A stretch of 64,000 bases of DNA from Octopus vulgaris. Its lineage: Eukaryota. The stretch lies in contig OX597826.1 in NCBI GenBank assembly GCA_951406725.2, forward strand, positions 58,528,001 through 58,592,000, in the 5' to 3' direction. A program made the position numbers and the translations under genes. The stretch's first letter is position 1. Each line of letters starts with the position of its first letter. Below, one piece after another: positions 57,381 to 64,000 of the stretch. The notes beneath the pieces are model-generated. The model did no database searches. It worked only from the letters and a program-made list of their open reading frames with translations, and was not told where the DNA came from.

Positions 57381-57763
57381 ACACCACTCATTCTGGATTA
57401 AGCATGCAGTCACTCTCATTGTGACCTTTTCGCCGTTGAATTAAGTTACACCACCTTATATCTGATTCTAATGGGTTAAATAGATCCAACTCATTTATTT
57501 TTCCGTTCTTTTTTCTCATTCCACGTTTTTCGTTTACTTTCCTCTTGTTTCGTCTCATCTCTTTCTCAGATAAAATGGTCTTTCTGTTTTGTTTTTTTTT
57601 TACTGTTCATGTTGTGTATTTGTGTCTAAGCTTGTCCCACTATCGCCTTTTCACAAAATAAAAATAATAATAGCTCGAATATTCATCCTGAGTATATTAA
57701 ATGATAATTATCTCTCACTGGTTGGAATACTTTCTTATTGGATCTACCAGTAACGAAACATTA

Positions 57764-57821
<58 letters not shown>

Positions 57822-58392
57822 TACATTACATCATATATTAATATGTGTGTGTGTCTATACATAGATATGAATGCCTATATATATATATATATATATATAT
57901 GTACAAGTCAATAAATGGTGGGGCTGTGTTAACCACACGAAGAAATGATAGGAAACGAAAAATGATAAGGCAGAATGGTAAATTGAAAGTAAATTTTAAT
58001 AAAAATGGGTGTATGAAAAATTAAAAAAGAAAAAAATAAATCAAACCGACTTTCATGGCAAGGCAAATTTTCAAGATTTGGAAGGGGAAAAGATTTTTTT
58101 TGAAGATGAGGAAGGGGAAAAAAATTACAATGTTTTTTTTCCAAAAAAGAATAATACATATATACAAGAATTAATAAATAAGTATACCAATACATTGTAG
58201 TGTCTTATGCTTTTAGAGTTCAATATTAGTCCTTGGAAAAACTTCTTTGTCAGGATTAGGATGCATGTGTTTATAATATTTATGTGTGTATGTGTGTGTG
58301 TAGTGCAGCACTTAGGCATACAGCAGTAAAGAAGTTGAATACAATAATTTTTCATTCTGTGTTTTACGTCTTAATATTGTGTAGCTACGTAG

Positions 58393-58606
58393 AGTGGCCA
58401 CCTGACAGAATCGTTAGCACAACAGGAAAAATGCTTAGCGGCATATCCGTCCGTTTTTATCTTCTGAATTCAAATTCCGCCGAGGTCGATATTTTCTTTC
58501 ATCCATTTCGTGTTCGATAAAATAAATACCAGCTGAGCACTGAGGTCGATATAATCGACATATCATTTCTCCTGAAATTGCTGGCCTTGTGCCAAAATTT
58601 GAAACT
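58393..58606 (+). mobile_element. SINE family A variant, older copy
   Basis: Aligns with 54537-54750. Confidence 0.8.
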
Positions 58607-59058
58607 AGCTTTGTTTAGAGGTGATTTCCTTTCGAAAAGATTTCTTCCGAATACAATCTTTCAACAATCAACAATCTCTTTTTGTGAAGCGAAATAACAA
58701 TAACAAAAACTAGACAAAATCAACCCCCCACTGAACATCTGAATTAATTAATTTGTTAATTTAATGAATGTTTAAACACATTGTCAAGGATTACAGAAGT
58801 TACTAATGCACAATTAAGAATTCTCATAACCAAGAGAAACACACTTTATGTTTCTTTCTTCGTTCATTTTTCATTTTCATTTTAATGCAGAATATTTTTT
58901 ATAATTTCATTTCAGTCAATATTCCCTGTTATTCTGCTCTCAATACTAAGGTCATCGAGGTCACTGCATCTTTCCCGTGTCATCGTGCTCTTCAAAACGC
59001 TGCGATTTAGTACACTGAAATAATTGGCAGTGTACTGAATAGTGTTGGCAGTGAAGTA

Positions 59059-59615
59059 TTGGATTGTCCGGAAAGTTCGTGCCGATTTGTAAAGGAAAGA
59101 AAAAAGGTCAGTAAATACTTGCCATTACATTTTTTATCAACCAATTATGAACCATTTTGTTGTACAATGCGTCTCCATCTTTCCTTTAACTTGAAAATAC
59201 CCCTTCCCAGAATTGAGGTCGTTTCATGTCAAAGAATTCAACAAGGTATCTTTTTACGTCATCCAAGAAATTGAAATTTTTACCATTAAGACTATTCTGC
59301 AAAGACCGGAAATCCGAAGGAGCAATATCTGGTGAATATGGAGGGTGGGGTAACATATCCCAGCCGAGCTGCTGCAATTTTTGTCTGGTTCCCAGAGCAT
59401 CAAGCGTCGAAAATGAACTTTCTTTTCTTCCATTTTAAAGAGTTACAGAATTAATACAGGTTGTAGAAACATAAACCTTCTTCCACGAAAAACTAGCTTA
59501 AGCTGTGCTCTAAATGGAGGTGTAGTCAAATCCTATCTTATGGACTCAACCATGTTCTAAAATAAGTCGAAAGGTAAGCTACTATAAATAGGCACGAACT
59601 TTCCGGGCAACCCAA
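59059..59615 (-). mobile_element. Internally deleted mariner (Tc1/mariner) transposon
   Basis: 30-bp TIRs TTGG(A/G)TTG(T/C)CCGGAAAGTTCGTGCC(G/T)ATTT with TA on both sides; minus strand encodes LGWDMLPHPPYSPDIAPSD (YSPDLAP motif). Confidence 0.93.
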
Positions 59616-59779
59616 TATTTATACATTTGCCAAAAAAGTGTCGTATAAACCTTGTGGATTTGGTTGACGGAAACCTTATGAATCCCAATGTACATATATG
59701 TGAGTGAGTGAGTAAGCGCATCTATGTGTGTGTGTGTGTGAAAATTTTAATTTGTGAACATTTTCAACAATATATTTTC

Positions 59780-60120
59780 AAGATCTTAAATATTGAATCC
59801 TTCACGAACGATTCTGCATTTGAAAGATTTACATCGACTGCCCCTCTCTCGATAACTTGAATTCTGGTATCGATCTGCATGAGAATTTTCAGCCACATCA
59901 TCAGAATGCAAATGAAGAGTGACACATATCTCATTATACTAACGACTTCATTAACGATTCTGGAGTGTAGTTGAAAGTCAGAAGCTTCTTTAGCGTTAGC
60001 CATATTCCAGCAGAATGGTTTCTAAATCGTCTCACATGTGGCATTTGACATATGGCGCAGAGTGTGGGTGAATTCACCCATCTGTTCCTTGTTAAAAGTT
60101 CAGCGGTGAGGAGTCCAAAA
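59780..60120 (-). mobile_element. Possible decayed LINE C-terminal (zf-RVT-like) fragment
   Basis: Minus strand GLLTAELLTRNRWVNSPTLCAICQ resembles the L1/Tx1 C-terminal zinc-knuckle region; weak and frameshifted. Confidence 0.3.
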
Positions 60121-60216
60121 GGACAAAAATCAAATTGTAAACTGGTTGTACCATTCTCTGTCTGTCTATCTAGCTATCTCTCTATCTACCTATCTGTCTG
60201 TCTGTTCGTCCCTCTG

Positions 60217-60317
<101 letters not shown>

Positions 60318-60499
60318 CTGTCTGCCTCCCTGCCAACTTGCCTGTATGTATGTATGTATGTATGTATGTATGTATGTATGTATGTATGCATATGGCTGCA
60401 ATCCAATAACTTAACTCACCGTCATGGTGAAACACCTAGAGGGTTCAGTGGGACAAATCAACACTGCTACCTATTCTTTATTCGTCTGGTACTCAACCT

Positions 60500-60715
60500 C
60501 TCGTAGTATTGCTTCTCAACCACATGATTCCGGATTCAGTCCCATCTTGGGCAAGTGTTTTTCACTACAACTTCGGTGTAAACAATGACTTGTGATTAGA
60601 TTTGATAGATAGAAACTGAAAGAATCCCATCGTGTATATATATATATTTTTTAATTTACCTGTCCCGCTGATATTCGTTTGCCACTTGTGATGGTATTTT
60701 AATAATACCATTCCT

Positions 60716-60759
<44 letters not shown>

Positions 60760-60980
60760 AGTGTGTACGTGTTTGTGTGTGTGTCCCACCACCGTTTCAC
60801 AATCGGTGTTAGTGTGTTTATGTTTCCGTAACTTAACATTTCGGCCTCATAGACCAATAGAAAAAAATACGAGGATTACAAAAGAAAAAGGTATTGGAAT
60901 CGATTCATTCGACTAAAAATTCTTTAACCTGTTGCCCCAGCATGGCCGCAGTCTAATGACTGAAGCAACAAAAAGAAAAC
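60500..60980 (+). mobile_element. SINE family B, near full length with internal (TA)/(TG) tracts
   Basis: Head GGATTCAGTCCC..TTGGGCAAGTG, GATAGAAACTGAAAGAA, tail CCAGCATGGCCGCAGTCTAATGACTGAA. Confidence 0.7.
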
Positions 60981-61573
60981 ATAGAATAGACTCTAATTCT
61001 TTAACTCCGTAAGCATAGACACATATTACAAGCATACACACAGATAAATTTACGCACATATGTAGACAGAAGATAAAAACGTACGAATATAATTACACAC
61101 ATACGTATATAACCGCACAATGCGGTAGGTATTTAAACAGTTGATGAAATTGGTAAATAGAAGGAAGGCCGTCTCCATCGGAATGGTAGCGTTTGTGCAT
61201 GGATGCATGAATGGCTGGAAGGAATGACGGATGAATGTCTAGACGGAGAGATGGATGGATGAATGCATCTATAGATTGATAGATGGATGGATGGATCATT
61301 ATAATGTGCACATGTGTGTATATGTGTATGTTTGTGTACGGATACGTGTGTGTGTGTGTGTGCGTGTGTGTGTACGTGTGGGTTTTTATATGAGACATAG
61401 AAGCCACTGGGTACATGGACGTTGCAACCAAGGTGGATAGATAAGAAGAATTATTAGTAGAGATTTATGAATGCACAGAGAATCTAAGTATGGATGTACA
61501 TAGAAAGATAGACAGATAGGCAGATTCATTGATAGAAAGACATACACACATGCGTACAGACAGACAGACAGAC

Positions 61574-61663
<90 letters not shown>

Positions 61664-61666
61664 CTG

Positions 61667-61698
<32 letters not shown>

Positions 61699-61699
61699 C

Positions 61700-61742
<43 letters not shown>

Positions 61743-61775
61743 GGATAGATAGATAGATAGATAGATAGAGAGAGG

Positions 61776-61810
<35 letters not shown>

Positions 61811-61820
61811 GAGAGGCAGG

Positions 61821-61923
<103 letters not shown>

Positions 61924-62403
61924 ATAAATAAATGATGATACAGAAAGGTCTGAAAACGAAAAACACAAAGAGATATAGAAATGTAGAGTGACAAAGAAAG
62001 CCAGATTCAGACAGCGCCAGTTTCAATCTTCATCGATGTATTCCAATATAGAGTTAAATTAGCAAATACAAGCAAGAAAGCCAGAGAACGCTACAACATT
62101 TTCGCCATGTTCGTCTTTCGCATCACTTCCGCCATTGACAGACGTGACTCGTCTTACGAGTTTTCTCATCCTTTGGTCGAACAATCCCAAACTTTCAAAT
62201 ACTTGCTTCTTCTTAACACGCTCACACCTCATTTCACACATAGAAAAGGTGTTTTAAGATGTACTTATATTTATACACACACACATACCCCACCACACAC
62301 ACACATGCACACATACATACATACATACGCACGCGCGTACCATAAAACACACACATTTATGCACATGCCTGTGTATATATATATATGTGTGTGTGTATGT
62401 ATG

Positions 62404-62437
<34 letters not shown>

Positions 62438-62570
62438 CGTGTGTATACATACCAACATACATACATACACACACACATATATACATATACACACAGACAT
62501 ATATATATGTATATATATGTATGTATGTATATATACATATATATATGTATACACATATATATACATATAC

Positions 62571-62622
<52 letters not shown>

Positions 62623-62632
62623 GAACACACAC

Positions 62633-62668
<36 letters not shown>

Positions 62669-62670
62669 GT

Positions 62671-62711
<41 letters not shown>

Positions 62712-63167
62712 GGTGTGTATGTATGTGCGTATGTATATATGTATATATACATCCAGCACTTGTTGAGTCACACTCCATTTCCGATGACTATCAGCGAAAT
62801 AATTTGGTGAAAGTAGAGCATAGTTGTAATGTCTTTAATTAGAGATGTGAGCTTGTACTTTATATCTCAGCATCGAAGTGGTATATCATGTTGACACGAA
62901 CTAGAAATCAGCGTGTTTGATGAAGGAGAAGAGTAAAAGTTATTGTACAACTTAGAAACGTTGAAAACACACTGTTTTATTCGAGGTAAAAGTTGATGTT
63001 GATACTTAAAAGATAGTGTGTAAATATATTCCGCCGTGTTTCTCTGTTATAAAACTTTATATATGTTGAAGTAAAAAAAAATAAAAGTCTAGTTGTAAAT
63101 CTTAAGATTAAAGATTAAAAAAGCTTCTGAGATGTAATAAATAAATTAATATATAAATGAATAGTAT

Positions 63168-63386
63168 TTTCTAATGTAGGCACAAGGCCTGAAATTTTGG
63201 TGGCTGAAGAGACTAGTCGATTTACCATCTAGTCGGTTCCATTGCTCGACTGGTCCTTATTTCATCGTCTTCGAAAGGATGGAAGGCTAAGTCGACCTCG
63301 GCGGAATTTGGATTCAGAACGTACAGGCTGGCGAAATGCCGTTTAAACCTTTTGTCTGATGCGGTAACGAATCTGCCAGCTCGCCG
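63168..63386 (-). mobile_element. SINE family A variant (another partial copy at 63838-64000)
   Basis: GTCGACCTCGGCGGAATTTG core and CTGCCAGCTCGCCG head. Confidence 0.8.
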
Positions 63387-63390
63387 TTTC

Positions 63391-63489
<99 letters not shown>

Positions 63490-63512
63490 AATAATAACAA
63501 TAATAGTAATAA

Positions 63513-63575
<63 letters not shown>

Positions 63576-63633
63576 TGATGATGATGATGATGATGATAAT
63601 AATAATAACAATAATAGTAATAATAATAATAGA

Positions 63634-63688
<55 letters not shown>

Positions 63689-63690
63689 TA

Positions 63691-63736
<46 letters not shown>

Positions 63737-63759
63737 TATTAAAATAATAATAATAATAA

Positions 63760-63792
<33 letters not shown>

Positions 63793-64000
63793 TGATGATG
63801 ATGATGAAGATGATGATGATAATGATAATAAGCCTTCCTACTAAATGCATAAGGCCTGAAATTTTGGAAGGAGTGGGCTATCGATCACATCGTCTCCAGT
63901 GCTCGACTGCTACATTCCATCAACCCCGAAAAGATGAAGAGCAATGACGGCCTCGCAGGTATTTGAACACAGAACGAAAAGACGAACGAAATACCACTAA

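Overview
This is eukaryotic, AT-rich, microsatellite-saturated DNA, most likely intergenic or a large intron. The SINE repertoire resembles octopus/coleoid cephalopod repeats; that assignment is an inference from recalled families and was not searched. I find no recognisable host protein-coding exon, rRNA, true tRNA or CRISPR array, and nearly all ORFs in the supplied track are translations of simple repeats. The supportable content is: (1) many tRNA-headed SINEs of at least four families, including a head-less tandem array; (2) decayed Penelope-like elements (RT and GIY-YIG remnants) plus several short pLTR-like pieces carrying hammerhead-ribozyme-like cores; (3) R4/Dong-type RLE LINE 3' fragments sitting in (AAT)n; (4) two mariner derivatives, a hAT MITE and a non-autonomous Helitron; (5) several local tandem and inverted duplications. 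The best leads are the hammerhead-like motifs (two share a non-canonical CUGU core), a hairpin-dense segment at about 48.7 kb, a template-switch-type inverted triplication at about 9 kb, and small motif-dense unique islands that may be regulatory. No new biological system is demonstrable from the sequence alone.
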